From Demequinaceae bacterium (GTDB lineage Bacteria; Actinomycetota; Actinomycetes; Actinomycetales; Demequinaceae), in the NCBI GenBank assembly GCA_965250005.1, contig OZ252279.1:1440001-1472000 (forward strand): a stretch of 32,000 nucleotides of DNA. Direction: 5' to 3'. Below, piece after piece: positions 16,693 to 29,014 of this stretch (positions are counted from its first letter, which is position 1; the number at the start of each line of letters is the position of its first letter). The translations under genes and the position numbers were made by a program. The notes beneath the pieces were generated by a model. It was not told the DNA's origin. It saw only the letters and a program-made list of their open reading frames with translations, and ran no database searches.

Positions 16693-16908
16693 TTGCTTCT
16701 TGGGGTTGCGTCACCTCGAACAGCTGCCGAGTCGCGACCAGTCTCAGCGGCTGGTCCCGCGGCCGAGCGCCCAGCCGTCGACGACCTTCGCGCCGTGTAC
16801 ATGCGTGGCACCTCGCAACTCCACCAACTCAGGCTAGACGTGGTGTTTGGGACGGGCCAGGGATTTGTGACGTTATGCAACGTGTGCCGAGTCGGGCAGA
16901 CTGTACAC

Positions 16909-17772
16909 GTGAAGGGCATCATCCTGGCTGGCGGTTCCGGCACGCGGCTTCACCCGATTACCATCGGAGTGAGCAAGCAACTCGCGCCCGTGTACGACAA
17001 GCCGATGATCTACTATCCGCTTTCGACGCTGATCTTGGCCGGCATTCGAGACGTTCTTATCATCACGACTCCGCACGACGCCGGGCAGTTCGAGCGCCTC
17101 CTGGGAGACGGGTCGCAGTTTGGAATATCCGTCTCGTACGCACAGCAGCCGGAGCCGAATGGACTCGCGCAGGCGTTCACGATTGGCGCTGATTTCATTG
17201 GGACCGACACGGTCGCGTTGGTGCTCGGCGACAATATCTTCTACGGGCCCGGGCTGGGCACACGCCTCGAACGCTTCTCTGAGATCGATGGGGCCGCGGT
17301 TTTTGCGTATCGCGTAGTGGACCCGCAGGCCTACGGCGTTGTGGAGTTCGACGCCGACGGAAAGGCCCTCTCGCTTGAGGAGAAGCCAATGAAGCCCAAG
17401 TCAGACTTTGCCGTTCCGGGGCTGTATTTCTATGACAACGATGTGGTCGAGATCGCGAAGCGCCTCGAGCCGTCGGCACGCGGCGAGTACGAGATCACAC
17501 ATGTCAACCGCCACTACTTAGAGGCCGGAACGCTGCAGGTCGAGGTTCTCCCACGCGGCACCGCATGGTTGGACACGGGGACGTTCGACTCGCTCCTCGA
17601 CGCCGCCCAGTTTGTGCGGACCGTTCAGAACAGGCAGGGGCTAAGCATCGGGGCACCCGAAGAGGTGGCTTGGCGACTTGGATTCCTGAGTGACGTTGAA
17701 CTACGCGCGCGTGCGGAAAAGCTCGTGAAGTCCGGGTATGGCGCTTACCTGCTTGGCCTGCTCGACGACTAG
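16909..17772 (+). CDS. rmlA: Glucose-1-phosphate thymidylyltransferase
   Basis: [40 protein letters not shown]; [10 protein letters not shown]; ORF track start 16693 extends too far upstream; GTG at 16909 fits the conserved N-terminus. Confidence 0.95.
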   Translation: MKGIILAGGSGTRLHPITIGVSKQLAPVYDKPMIYYPLSTLILAGIRDVLIITTPHDAGQFERLLGDGSQFGISVSYAQQPEPNGLAQAFTIGADFIGTDTVALVLGDNIFYGPGLGTRLERFSEIDGAAVFAYRVVDPQAYGVVEFDADGKALSLEEKPMKPKSDFAVPGLYFYDNDVVEIAKRLEPSARGEYEITHVNRHYLEAGTLQVEVLPRGTAWLDTGTFDSLLDAAQFVRTVQNRQGLSIGAPEEVAWRLGFLSDVELRARAEKLVKSGYGAYLLGLLDD

Positions 17773-17788
17773 AGCGGATCCGCTAGTC
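17767..17788. terminator. Dyad at convergent rmlA/rmlD junction containing both stop codons
   Basis: GACT(AG)AGCGGATCCGCTAGTC: perfect AGCGGATCCGCT core extended by GACT/AGTC after a 2-nt bulge. Confidence 0.5.
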
Positions 17789-18649
17789 AGCTGCGGCGAT
17801 GATCGCGGGCGCCGCGGCAGTCCAGCGTTCGCGCCAGTTGCCAATGGGCGCGATGCCGTTCGCAGCGAGCGCACCGTGGCCTAGGACGGAGTAGGCGGGG
17901 CGAGCGGCAGGCCGCGAATACGCGGATGAACTGCAGGGAGTGACGATGTCCCCGAGACCAGCAGACTCGACAATCGCGAGTGCGAATTCGTACCAGGACG
18001 CCTCACCGGATGACGTCCCGTGATAGGTGCCGGCCGGCGCTTCGGCCTCAAGCATGTCCAGAATGAGTCCAGCGAGGTCGCGTGTCCACGTCGGCTGTCC
18101 AAACTGGTCGTTGACCACCTGTATTGTGCCGCGTTCGCGTCCGGCGTTGAGCATGGTCCGAGGGAAACTGGGTCCCGCCGCGCCGTATAACCAAGCGGTG
18201 CGGACGATCAGTGCATCAGCCCTTGACTCGAGAACCTCAATCTCTCCCGCAGCCTTGGTTCGGCCGTACGCGCTCGTGGGCGCAAATGACGCGTCCTCTG
18301 GATATGGCTCGGTCGCGTCGCCGCCAAAGACGTAGTCAGTCGAGATGTGAACCAGGCGGGCGTCGCTGGCGGCACAAGCACGCGCGAGAATTCCAGCGCC
18401 GGTCGCGTTGACTGAGTACGCGAGTTCTTCGTGTTCTTCGGCAGCGTCCACCGCGGTGAAGGCCGCGCAGTTCACTACTAGGTCATGGGCTGACACGGCT
18501 CGCTCAACGGCCGCGGGATTGGTGATGTCGAGTTCGGTAACACCCGTGACGGTGGGGCTCACACCCCTGGAGCGAAGTAACTCTATGAGGTCAGTTGCGA
18601 GCATCCCGTTGCCACCGGTGATGAGCCATTTGGCCGGTGTGCTTTTCAC
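17783..18649 (-). CDS. rmlD: dTDP-4-dehydrorhamnose reductase
   Basis: ITGGNGMLATDLIELL, LVNCAAFTAVDAAE, HISTDYVFGG, PTSAYGRTKAAGE, GTYHGTSSGEASWYEFA. Confidence 0.95.
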   Translation of the reverse strand: MKSTPAKWLITGGNGMLATDLIELLRSRGVSPTVTGVTELDITNPAAVERAVSAHDLVVNCAAFTAVDAAEEHEELAYSVNATGAGILARACAASDARLVHISTDYVFGGDATEPYPEDASFAPTSAYGRTKAAGEIEVLESRADALIVRTAWLYGAAGPSFPRTMLNAGRERGTIQVVNDQFGQPTWTRDLAGLILDMLEAEAPAGTYHGTSSGEASWYEFALAIVESAGLGDIVTPCSSSAYSRPAARPAYSVLGHGALAANGIAPIGNWRERWTAAAPAIIAAAD

Positions 18650-18656
18650 GCAAGTC

Positions 18657-18678
18657 AGCCTATCCCTGTGGGTAGGCT
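18657..18678. promoter_or_regulatory. Dyad between divergent rmlD and rmlC with TAGGCT -10-like hexamers on both strands
   Basis: AGCCTATCCC-TGT-GGGTAGGCT (one bulge); TAGGCT reads outward on each strand. Confidence 0.45.
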
Positions 18679-18702
18679 AGACCACGCAATCAAGGAGGAA
18701 CA

Positions 18703-19317
18703 GTGGAGTACAGAGCCCTCGACATCGAAGGCGCGTGGGAAATCACCCCGCAGCAATTGGGCGACCCGCGCGGGCTGTTCTTCGAATGGTTCAAGGACGC
18801 ACCCTTCGCGAGTGCTGCTGGACATGAGTTCAGTGTCGCGCAAGCCAACATGTCAGTCTCGGCGGCTGGCGCAATTCGCGGGATCCATTTTGCAGACGTC
18901 CCTCCTGGCCAAGCCAAGTACGTCACGTGCCCTAAGGGCGCGGTCCTTGACGTCGTTGTTGACCTGCGGGTAGGTTCAACTACTTTTGGAAAGTGGGACG
19001 CAGTCCTGCTTGACGATGTTGACCGGCGCGCGACCTACCTCAGCGAGGGGCTTGGGCACGCGTTCATGGCCGTGGAGGACGGATCAACAGTTGTCTACCT
19101 ATGCTCGACGCCATACGCACCGGAACGCGAGCACGCGGTGAGCCCCCTCGATCCCGAAATCGGAATTGACTGGCCCACGGTCGCGCGAGACGGGTCCGCG
19201 ATCGTGCAACAGGTGTCCCCGAGGGACAGCGAAGCCCCCGCCCTAACTGACGCCCGCAAGGCAGGGCTGCTCCCTCCGCTCGCGAGTGTTGAGGCGTGGC
19301 GGTCGTCGCTCAGCTAG
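18703..19317 (+). CDS. rmlC: dTDP-4-dehydrorhamnose 3,5-epimerase family protein
   Basis: DPRGLFFEWF, AQANMSVSAAGAIRGIHFADVPPGQAKYVTC, GKWDAVLLDD, EGLGHAFMAVEDGSTVVYLCSTPYAPEREHAVSPLDP; GGAGG RBS before the GTG start. Confidence 0.93.
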   Translation: MEYRALDIEGAWEITPQQLGDPRGLFFEWFKDAPFASAAGHEFSVAQANMSVSAAGAIRGIHFADVPPGQAKYVTCPKGAVLDVVVDLRVGSTTFGKWDAVLLDDVDRRATYLSEGLGHAFMAVEDGSTVVYLCSTPYAPEREHAVSPLDPEIGIDWPTVARDGSAIVQQVSPRDSEAPALTDARKAGLLPPLASVEAWRSSLS

Positions 19318-19402
19318 CCACTGCGGCTGCGATGGGTATTCTTGAGCAGAACGCTCGGCAATGCGCGACCGCGGAGGTATTAGCGGGTTACGTCGGCCCT
19401 AG

Positions 19403-21341
<1,939 letters not shown>

Positions 21342-21345
<4 letters not shown>

Positions 21346-22472
21346 GACAAGGCGCCCAAGCGAATGCGCGCGGCGAGGTCACCGGCCACTGCGTTGGGAG
21401 TGAACTGTTCGGCTGCCAAGGCTCGAGATGCGCGCTGCATCTTGGCGACCCGAGCGCGGTCGTTGGCGAGCGCTTCGAGGGCGTCGGCCAAGGAGTGTGC
21501 GTCTCCGGGTTTCGTGAAGATTGCGGCGTCGCCGAGCGTCGTTCGCTGTGGTGCGGTGTTCGATGTCACGAGGCAGCAACCCGCTGCCGCGCCCTGGTAG
21601 ATCTTGTTTGGCACCACCCGGTGCGCCTTGTCGGAGGTGCCGAAAATCCCGAGGCACACGTCGTGTTTGCCGACGAGAGCAGGAAGATCGTCGGCGTCGA
21701 CCCAGTCGAGCCAGGTGACATTCGCGGCTCCTAAGGCCGTGCGAGTGTACTCGGCGTCTTGACCGTCGCCCACGAGTGTGGCGGCGATTGGAACGTCGCG
21801 TTCAGCCAGGATTCGTAGCGCCGCGCCGATAGTTGGCGCGCCTTGCAGGGGCGTGAACAAGCCAAAGAAGATCACCGAGAGTGGTGCCGACTTTCGCGCT
21901 CGGCCCCGCGCAGGTGGATCCGCGTGCCACGTGACGGGAGCTCCAACGGGGACGACGATGCCACGGTCGCGGCGACGGGCTGGCAGTAGCTCGAGGTGCT
22001 GCTGCGTGTCAACCAGGATGATTGACGCGCTCCCAAGCGCGCCCCGATCAAGCCCGCGCAGGATCCAACGCATAATCCCTCCGCCCACGCCACGGTCGCG
22101 GGCCGTGTCGGCCGCAAAAATGAGGTGGTCGAGCACGATCGTCGCACGCGGAAATGCCAAGCGCGCGACGATGACGTCGAAGTGCCCCAAGTACCCGACG
22201 ATGATCCCGTCGATGCGTTGAGAGCGTCGTATTTGGCGGCCCTCTCGAATGAGCTGTGACCATGTCGCCAACATGTTCCACGTGGCACCTACGAGCCGCC
22301 AGGGCTTGCGCAGCATTTCAACGCGCTGGCTCGTGGACATCTCGTTGGGACGGTTGACTTCAACAACCTCAATGCCCACAGCCCTCAGGCCGGCCAGCAC
22401 GATTCCAACCCGAGGATGCCGGCGCACGTCATACGTGCCCCAACCCATGACCCGAGGCGTCGGCGAAGTCAC
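21342..22472 (-). CDS. Glycosyltransferase family 4-like protein
   Basis: APLSVIFFGLFTPLQGAPTIGAALRIL, ATLVGDGQD, DKAHRVVPNKIYQGAAAGCCLVTSNTAPQRT donor-binding features. Confidence 0.87.
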
Positions 22473-23410
22473 TTCCCGTACTGAATCTCTTTGATGCGCT
22501 CGAGTGCGTCCTCGTGAAGGATCCGGTTCGTTCTAAGAAGGTCGGACAGCACACCAAGCGCGAGCGAGAGCAACGTGGCGACTAGCAGGGCGGCACCAAG
22601 AATGAGTGATTGGAAATGGTTGCCCTCGTCGCCCATGAGCCGGAGGATTCCGTACCGAACGAAGGGCGTGAGGCCCAGAATGCCGAAGAACCACGAGAGC
22701 GTCGCGAAGATGGCCCACGGTCGAAACATGATGTACGAGCGCATGATCGCCTGACCCGACTTGATCATGTGCTCGAACACATTCTTGAACAGTCGTGACT
22801 CACGCGTCTTGGGATTGGTTTCAATTGCGATGCTCGCGATCGCCAGTCGCTTGTTGCCCGCCTGGATGATGGTCTCCATGCAGTACGAGAACTGGGTAAC
22901 AATGTTCAGGCGGTAGAGCGAATAGCGCGAGTATGCGCGGAAGCCGGACGCGGCATCGGGAAGCTTGGTGCCAGCGGCGCGGTTCACGACCCACGAACCC
23001 AGGCGCTGCATGAGCTTCTTGAATGGCGAGAAATGCTTGATCGTGCTGGTTTGACGGTCGCCGATGACGATGTCTGCATGGCCCTCGAGGATGGGCTGCA
23101 CGAGGTCGCTGATCCGTTCCTGCGGGTACTGATTGTCGCCATCCGTATTGACGATTATGTCTGCGCCGTGAGCGAGTGCGTATTCAACGCCATCACGGAA
23201 CGAGCGGGCTAGCCCCATATTCTGCGAATGGCGCACGACGTGCTCAACTCCGTGCTTCTTCGCGACCGCAACAGTGGCGTCGGTCGAACCGTCGTCGATG
23301 ATGAGGACTTCGATCTTGTCGATGCCTGGAATCCTTTTTGGCAACGAACTCAGTACGAGGGGTAGCGTCTCCGCCTCGTTCAGGCACGGAACCTGGATGA
23401 ATACTTTCAC
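22469..23410 (-). CDS. Glycosyltransferase family 2 with C-terminal TM helices
   Basis: VKVFIQVPCLNEAETLPLVLSSLP, IIDDGSTDATVAVA, NTDGDNQYPQERI; GTG at 23410 with AAAGGAA upstream preferred over 23473. Confidence 0.9.
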   Translation of the reverse strand: MKVFIQVPCLNEAETLPLVLSSLPKRIPGIDKIEVLIIDDGSTDATVAVAKKHGVEHVVRHSQNMGLARSFRDGVEYALAHGADIIVNTDGDNQYPQERISDLVQPILEGHADIVIGDRQTSTIKHFSPFKKLMQRLGSWVVNRAAGTKLPDAASGFRAYSRYSLYRLNIVTQFSYCMETIIQAGNKRLAIASIAIETNPKTRESRLFKNVFEHMIKSGQAIMRSYIMFRPWAIFATLSWFFGILGLTPFVRYGILRLMGDEGNHFQSLILGAALLVATLLSLALGVLSDLLRTNRILHEDALERIKEIQYGK

Positions 23411-23723
23411 GCGAGTTCCTTTGGATTGGGGCGCCCGGGATTCCAGGGTAGCCAAGCCGCTTACCGGCGGCAAAGCACCCTACCGGCCCGGCCGGTAGAT
23501 TCTGGCGAAAAGCGAAATCACGCTCTGTCTCATGACCGCGCCGATTGCGGAGCTGAGCATCATCGTTGAGGAAGAGGTGCTGACCGCCCACGTGGGGCGC
23601 GACCGGCCAGTTCTCCGGGCGTAGTCGCGCTTGGAATCAGCCGATTACAGTTCACCATCCCTTGGCGCGATCGACGGTTGCGTTCGTAGGATGGAGTGAA
23701 CCATTAAGCGAAGGAGATCCCCC

Positions 23724-23900
23724 ATGAGGTTTACCATTCAGAAGAGTGCCAAGAACGGACAGTTCTGGTTCCGAGTTGTCGCAGCCAATGGTCGGATTCT
23801 TGCCACCAGCGAGATGTACAAGCAGAAGGCCTCTGCGGTCGATGCAATCGAGTCCATTAAGGGACACGCAAGCAGGGCTCCGGTGGTCGACGAGACCTAG
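23724..23900 (+). CDS. DUF1508 (YegP-like) small protein, 58 aa, absent from supplied ORF track
   Basis: MRFTIQKSAKNGQFWFRVVAANGRILATSEMYKQKASAVDAIESIKGHASRAPVVDET; GGAG RBS upstream. Confidence 0.88.
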   Translation: MRFTIQKSAKNGQFWFRVVAANGRILATSEMYKQKASAVDAIESIKGHASRAPVVDET

Positions 23901-23993
23901 GAGCGGCCGCCTGCGGGCGCGGCGCGGCGCCACGGACGTGCGACTCGCCGCGATGCCCTGCCGCGACGCCGCGGTTTGCGACACAATGGGGCA

Positions 23994-26873
23994 GTGACCT
24001 CGTTCTCAGATCGGCATGTCGGGCCAGACTGGCACGACACCCGCGCCATGCTTGGCGAAGTCGGCTACGCGTCGCTCGCGGAGTTGACCGAAGCCGCGAT
24101 TCCCGCCGCGATACTTGAAGACCTACCCCTCGATCTGCCGCCAGCCGTTTCGGAGTACGAAGCGCTGCGCCGCCTGGGCAACTTTGCTGGCATGAACAAG
24201 GCGATGGTCCAAATGATCGGGCAGGGCTACAGCGACACCATGACGCCGCGCGTCGTACAGAGATACCTGCTTGAGAACCCCGCCTGGTACACCGCTTACA
24301 CGCCGTATCAGCCAGAGATTTCCCAGGGCCGGCTCGAGGCGCTCCTGATCTTCCAGACGATGGTGTCTGACCTCACTGCGCTTCCTACGGCCGGCGCATC
24401 CCTGCTGGACGAATCGACCGCCGTTGCCGAGGCCGTGTTATTGATGCGCCGTGCCGTGAAGGGTAAGCCCAAGGGAATCATCGTTCTCGACGATGAGTGC
24501 CTTCCACAGACCATCGAGGTCGTGGCCGCGCAGGCCGCAGCCATCGGGCTGGCGCTCGAGGTGCAGAGGCTAGGCCCTCGATGGAAGGCGCCGGACAACT
24601 TGATCGGCGTCGTTGTTCAGCAGCCGGGAGTCTCGGGTGTGGTGCGGGAGGTCGAGCACATTGTCGAGTCGGCGCATGCGGTCGGTGCGCTCGCTACGGT
24701 TGCGGCAGACTTGCTGGCCTTGTGCATCATCAAACCGCCTGGCGAGCTTGGTGCGGATATCGCGGTGGGTTCGGCGCAGCGTTTTGGTGTCCCGTTGTTC
24801 TTTGGCGGTCCGCACGCGGCGTACATGTCGGTCCGCGAGGGCCTCGAGAGAGAGTTGCCCGGCCGCCTGGTAGGCGTGTCCGTCGACGCCGACGGCAGAC
24901 GCGCCTATCGCCTCGCGCTCCAGACGCGCGAGCAGCACATCCGTCGCGATAAGGCCACGTCAAACATCTGCACCGCGCAGGCACTCCTAGCGATCGCCGC
25001 TGGAATGTACGCCGTTCACCATGGGCCCGAGGGACTCCGCGACATTGCGGCACGCGTGCACGCTCATGCGGTCTCGCTTGCCGACACGCTTCGCGAGGCC
25101 GGCGTCGAGGTCAAACACGAGACGTTCTTCGACACGGTCGTTGCCGTCGTGCCGCATGGCGCGGAATCCGTCATGGAGCGCACCGCCGCTGAAGGCATCA
25201 ACGTGCGGCGGGTCAACGAGGACGAGGTAGCGATCGCGTGCGACGAGATCACCACGGCACAAGTGATCGGCACGCTCGTGGCCGCAATCACGGCCACCAA
25301 GCGCGAGTGGGTTGAGGTGAGCCCGGGAGTCGCCATCCCGCGCCACATGCGCCGTCAGAGCGAGTACCTCTTCCACGAGTCGTTCCACAAGTACCGCTCC
25401 GAAACCGAGATGATGAGGTTCCTGCGGCGCCTGGGCGACCGAGACCTAGCGCTCGACCGCACAATGATTCCGCTCGGCTCGTGCACCATGAAGCTCAATG
25501 CCGCGGTTCAGATGGCACCACTGACGTGGCCGGGGTTCGCCAATATTCACCCGTTCGCACCCAGCAACCAGACCGCCGGTTATCGGGACATGATTGCTCA
25601 ACTCGAGAGTTGGCTCGCGACGGTCACTGGGTACTCGGCCGTCTCCGTTCAGCCCAACGCCGGGTCGCGCGGGGAGTACGCCGGCCTGCTCGCCATCGCG
25701 GCATACCACCGCGACCAGGGGCATCCAGAGAAGAAGGTGTGCCTGATTCCTGCGTCCGCGCACGGCACCAACGCCGCATCGGCGGTACTGGCGGGCATGA
25801 AGGTTGCGGTTATCGCCACGGCGGAGAACGGCACCGTCGACATTGAGGATCTGAAAGCGAAGATCAAGCAACACAAAGGAACCGTCGCCGCGATTATGGT
25901 GACGTATCCGTCGACTCACGGCGTCTACGAAGACGAGATTGCCCAGGTCTGCGAGTTGGTTCATCAAGCTGGTGGCCAAGTTTTCATCGATGGCGCAAAC
26001 CTCAACGCGCTGGTGGGACTTGCGAAGCCTGGCAACTTCGGCGGCGACGTCTCGCACCTCAACCTTCACAAGACCTTCGCTCTCCCTCACGGCGGTGGCG
26101 GGCCCGGGGTGGGCCCCGTCGCCGTCGCAGAGCACCTCGTCAAGTACCTGCCCGGCCTGCGGCAGACCATTCAGAGGCCCCAGGAACTCGCACGCGCGGG
26201 CGCCCCCGTCAGTGCCGCTCCATATGGCTCTGCTGGCTTGCTACCTATTTCGTGGGCGTACATTTCGCTCTTGGGCGCCGACGGCATGCGAAAGGCGACC
26301 GAAACCGCGGTATTGTCCGCCAACTACATCGCCACCAAGCTCGACCCGCATTTCCCGGTGCTTTACAAGGGCCCCAACGGCCTCGTAGCGCACGAGTGCA
26401 TCCTGGATGTTCGACCACATACCAAGGCCACCGGAGTGACCGCCGAGGACATCGCCAAGCGGCTCATCGACTTCGGCTTTCACGCCCCGACCATGTCGTT
26501 CCCGGTCTCCGGCACGTTGATGGTCGAACCGACCGAGAGCGAGAGCGTTACCGAACTCGACCGCTTCATCCAGGCAATGATTGAAATTCGAGGCGAGATC
26601 AAGGCCATCGAGGACGGCGCAATCGCCGTCGAGGACTCGCCGTTACGTCACGCGCCGCACACCGCCTCGATGGTCGTGTCCGACACCTGGGAGCAAAAAT
26701 ACTCGCGCGAGCAAGCGGCGTTCCCGGTCCCCAGCCTGCGTGCGGACAAGTACTGGTCTCCGGTGCGCCGCGTCGATAACGCATACGGCGACCGCAACCT
26801 GGTGTGTAGTTGCCCCCCGCTCGAGGACTACGTGGCGGCTTACGACGACGCAGTCGATCAGGAAGACGCCTGA
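23994..26873 (+). CDS. gcvP: Glycine dehydrogenase (aminomethyl-transferring), single-chain P-protein
   Basis: [33 protein letters not shown] motif [17 protein letters not shown] Lys region [22 protein letters not shown]; GTG 23994 preferred over 23976. Confidence 0.97.
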   Translation: MTSFSDRHVGPDWHDTRAMLGEVGYASLAELTEAAIPAAILEDLPLDLPPAVSEYEALRRLGNFAGMNKAMVQMIGQGYSDTMTPRVVQRYLLENPAWYTAYTPYQPEISQGRLEALLIFQTMVSDLTALPTAGASLLDESTAVAEAVLLMRRAVKGKPKGIIVLDDECLPQTIEVVAAQAAAIGLALEVQRLGPRWKAPDNLIGVVVQQPGVSGVVREVEHIVESAHAVGALATVAADLLALCIIKPPGELGADIAVGSAQRFGVPLFFGGPHAAYMSVREGLERELPGRLVGVSVDADGRRAYRLALQTREQHIRRDKATSNICTAQALLAIAAGMYAVHHGPEGLRDIAARVHAHAVSLADTLREAGVEVKHETFFDTVVAVVPHGAESVMERTAAEGINVRRVNEDEVAIACDEITTAQVIGTLVAAITATKREWVEVSPGVAIPRHMRRQSEYLFHESFHKYRSETEMMRFLRRLGDRDLALDRTMIPLGSCTMKLNAAVQMAPLTWPGFANIHPFAPSNQTAGYRDMIAQLESWLATVTGYSAVSVQPNAGSRGEYAGLLAIAAYHRDQGHPEKKVCLIPASAHGTNAASAVLAGMKVAVIATAENGTVDIEDLKAKIKQHKGTVAAIMVTYPSTHGVYEDEIAQVCELVHQAGGQVFIDGANLNALVGLAKPGNFGGDVSHLNLHKTFALPHGGGGPGVGPVAVAEHLVKYLPGLRQTIQRPQELARAGAPVSAAPYGSAGLLPISWAYISLLGADGMRKATETAVLSANYIATKLDPHFPVLYKGPNGLVAHECILDVRPHTKATGVTAEDIAKRLIDFGFHAPTMSFPVSGTLMVEPTESESVTELDRFIQAMIEIRGEIKAIEDGAIAVEDSPLRHAPHTASMVVSDTWEQKYSREQAAFPVPSLRADKYWSPVRRVDNAYGDRNLVCSCPPLEDYVAAYDDAVDQEDA

Positions 26874-26904
26874 CGCCCCGTCGGGCCGCGACCACGGAGG
26901 CTCG

Positions 26905-28065
26905 ATGAGCACCACCAGCCCGCTGCACGCGCAGCATGAGGCTCTTGGGGCGACCATGACCGACTTCGCGGGTTACACAATGCCCGTCCGCTACACCTCT
27001 GACATCGCGGAACATGAGGCCGTCCGTACCACCGCTGGATTGTTTGATGTCAGCCACATGGGCGAGATCTACGTCACGGGAGCGCAGGCGGCAGCGGCGC
27101 TCGAGTACGCGCTCGTGGGCCGCATGAGCGCAGTCGGAGTTGGCCGAGCCAAGTACACGATGCTTTGCGCGCCCGACGGCGGAGTCCTGGACGACCTGAT
27201 TGTTTACCGGACGGCAAGCGATGCATTCCTCGTGGTCGCGAACGCAGGCAACAGCACCTTCGTCGCCGCTGAACTCGCGGTCCGGTGCGGGAACTTCGAG
27301 TGCGTCGTCGAAGACGTCTCGGCGGCCACGTCGCTGATAGCGGTACAGGGGCCAGCCGCGCGAGGCATCGTGATGGCGATGACGAGCGGCTTTGGTGACG
27401 ATGCTGTCGGCGATTTGAAGTACTACGCCAGCACAACCGCGAAGGTTGATGGTGTAGTGCAGGCCCTGGTGGGCCGGACGGGCTACACCGGCGAGGATGG
27501 CTTTGAGCTGTTCGTGGCTGCCGCTGACGCGGAGCACATGTGGGACTCGGCGCTTCGAAACGGGACCGCCGCCGGCATGGTCGCCTGCGGGCTCGCCTCG
27601 CGCGACACGCTGCGCCTTGAGGCTGGCATGCCGCTGCACGGAGCCGAGATTGGCGCCGACCGCTCGCCATACGCCGCAGGCCTTGGCTGGGCAGTCCAGT
27701 TGGGAACAACGAAGGTCCCTCGAGGCGAGTTTGTGGGAAAGAAGGCGCTCGCGGCAGCGGCCGAGAGCGACGCAGGTTGGTGGGCGAAACCCGCCGAAGC
27801 TCCGCTGGATGCCCGCGTGCTCATCGGCATGCGGGGCGAGGGACGTCGGGCCGCGCGGGCTGGCTACAGTGTTCTCGATGCCGATGGCGCCGAGGTGGGC
27901 GACGTAACATCGGGAGCGCCGTCACCGTCGCTGGGAAACCCGATCGCAATGGCCTACGTCCACCCACGCGTGGCAGCGGACGGGACGGACCTTGCGGTTG
28001 ACGTGCGCGGGCGCCTTGAATCGATGAAGGCGTGGCCGCTACCGTTCTACAAGCGGGCGCAGTAG
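26905..28065 (+). CDS. gcvT: Glycine cleavage system aminomethyltransferase (T-protein)
   Basis: MTDFAGYTMPVRYTSDIAEHEAVRTTAGLFDVSHMGEI, GRTGYTGEDGFELF, LRLEAGMPLHG; GGAGG RBS before ATG 26905. Confidence 0.96.
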   Translation: MSTTSPLHAQHEALGATMTDFAGYTMPVRYTSDIAEHEAVRTTAGLFDVSHMGEIYVTGAQAAAALEYALVGRMSAVGVGRAKYTMLCAPDGGVLDDLIVYRTASDAFLVVANAGNSTFVAAELAVRCGNFECVVEDVSAATSLIAVQGPAARGIVMAMTSGFGDDAVGDLKYYASTTAKVDGVVQALVGRTGYTGEDGFELFVAAADAEHMWDSALRNGTAAGMVACGLASRDTLRLEAGMPLHGAEIGADRSPYAAGLGWAVQLGTTKVPRGEFVGKKALAAAAESDAGWWAKPAEAPLDARVLIGMRGEGRRAARAGYSVLDADGAEVGDVTSGAPSPSLGNPIAMAYVHPRVAADGTDLAVDVRGRLESMKAWPLPFYKRAQ

Positions 28066-28104
28066 CGTTTCCCTAAGCGCACGCGCGGAGGAAAGGAATC
28101 TGAG

Positions 28105-28488
28105 ATGGCAGACGCACCCGACGGGTTGATGTTCTCGCAGGAGCACGAGTGGATCGCGGGCGACGTCGCCCCTCAATCTGAAGTGACAGTGGGAATCACC
28201 GCCTACGCTGCAGCGGCGCTAGGCGATGTCGTTTACGTTGAGGCACCGCAGGTTGGCGAAGACGTCGTCGCAGGCGAAGTCTGCGGCGAGCTCGAGTCGA
28301 CAAAGGCGGTCTCCGAACTCTATTCGCCGGTCAACGGCAAGGTCACCGCCGTCAACCAGGCCGTAGTGGACGCTCCCGAACTCATCAACGACGACACGTA
28401 CGGCGAGGGCTGGATCTTCAAGGTGGCGATTTCGAGCCCTTCGAAGGACCTGCTCAACTCTGAGCAGTACGTCGCGATTACGGAATAG
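28105..28488 (+). CDS. gcvH: Glycine cleavage system H protein
   Basis: [20 protein letters not shown], lipoyl-Lys region [18 protein letters not shown]; GGAGG-like RBS. Confidence 0.97.
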   Translation: MADAPDGLMFSQEHEWIAGDVAPQSEVTVGITAYAAAALGDVVYVEAPQVGEDVVAGEVCGELESTKAVSELYSPVNGKVTAVNQAVVDAPELINDDTYGEGWIFKVAISSPSKDLLNSEQYVAITE

Positions 28489-28517
28489 CGGGCATCGAGT
28501 TTCAGCCCGCGCGCCTG

Positions 28518-28988
28518 GTGGTCGCAGCGGCGATCGTTGACGATCTCGAGTTTCCGCGCGAATTGCTTGCCGCGCGCCGGTCGGCGCCAGCCACGCTTGC
28601 GGGTTCGTGGGAGTTCCCTGGCGGCAAAGTCGAGCCCGGGGAGAGCCCTACGGTGGCGCTCGTGCGCGAAATCCGGGAAGAGCTTGGCGTCGAGGTGGAG
28701 CTTGGCCGCGAACTCGCCGGTCCCGAGCACGTGGGGGTCGGCGCGCACGGAGCAGTTGTTGGCGGCGCATGGCCGCTGGGCCAGACCGCCGACGGCGCAC
28801 CGCTTGTGATGCGTTTGTGGCTCGCGCGGGTGATTGCGGGAGAGCCTGCGCCGCTCGAAGATCACGACGAGCTCACGTGGCTCAAGCCGGGCGCATGGCG
28901 CGATGTGCCGTGGATTGCCGCCGACGCGGACATCGTGGACGCGCTGATCTATGCGGCCGTGGAGCGCAACCGCAGCGCCTGGTGTTAG
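28518..28988 (+). CDS. NUDIX hydrolase (8-oxo-dGTP diphosphatase-like)
   Basis: Nudix box [32 protein letters not shown] start tentative. Confidence 0.9.
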   Translation: MVAAAIVDDLEFPRELLAARRSAPATLAGSWEFPGGKVEPGESPTVALVREIREELGVEVELGRELAGPEHVGVGAHGAVVGGAWPLGQTADGAPLVMRLWLARVIAGEPAPLEDHDELTWLKPGAWRDVPWIAADADIVDALIYAAVERNRSAWC

Positions 28989-29014
28989 CTGAATGACTTC
29001 GCCGTTGGCACGGA

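Noticed and set aside
16581-16700. tRNA-Leu as att site for a genomic island containing the rml genes
   Set aside because: No integrase or duplicated tRNA 3' end was seen in the window; the downstream hairpin looks like an ordinary terminator.
23652-23984. 110-aa reverse ORF opposite the DUF1508 gene
   Set aside because: The forward 58-aa frame matches a known small domain and has an RBS; the reverse frame resembles an incidental open frame.
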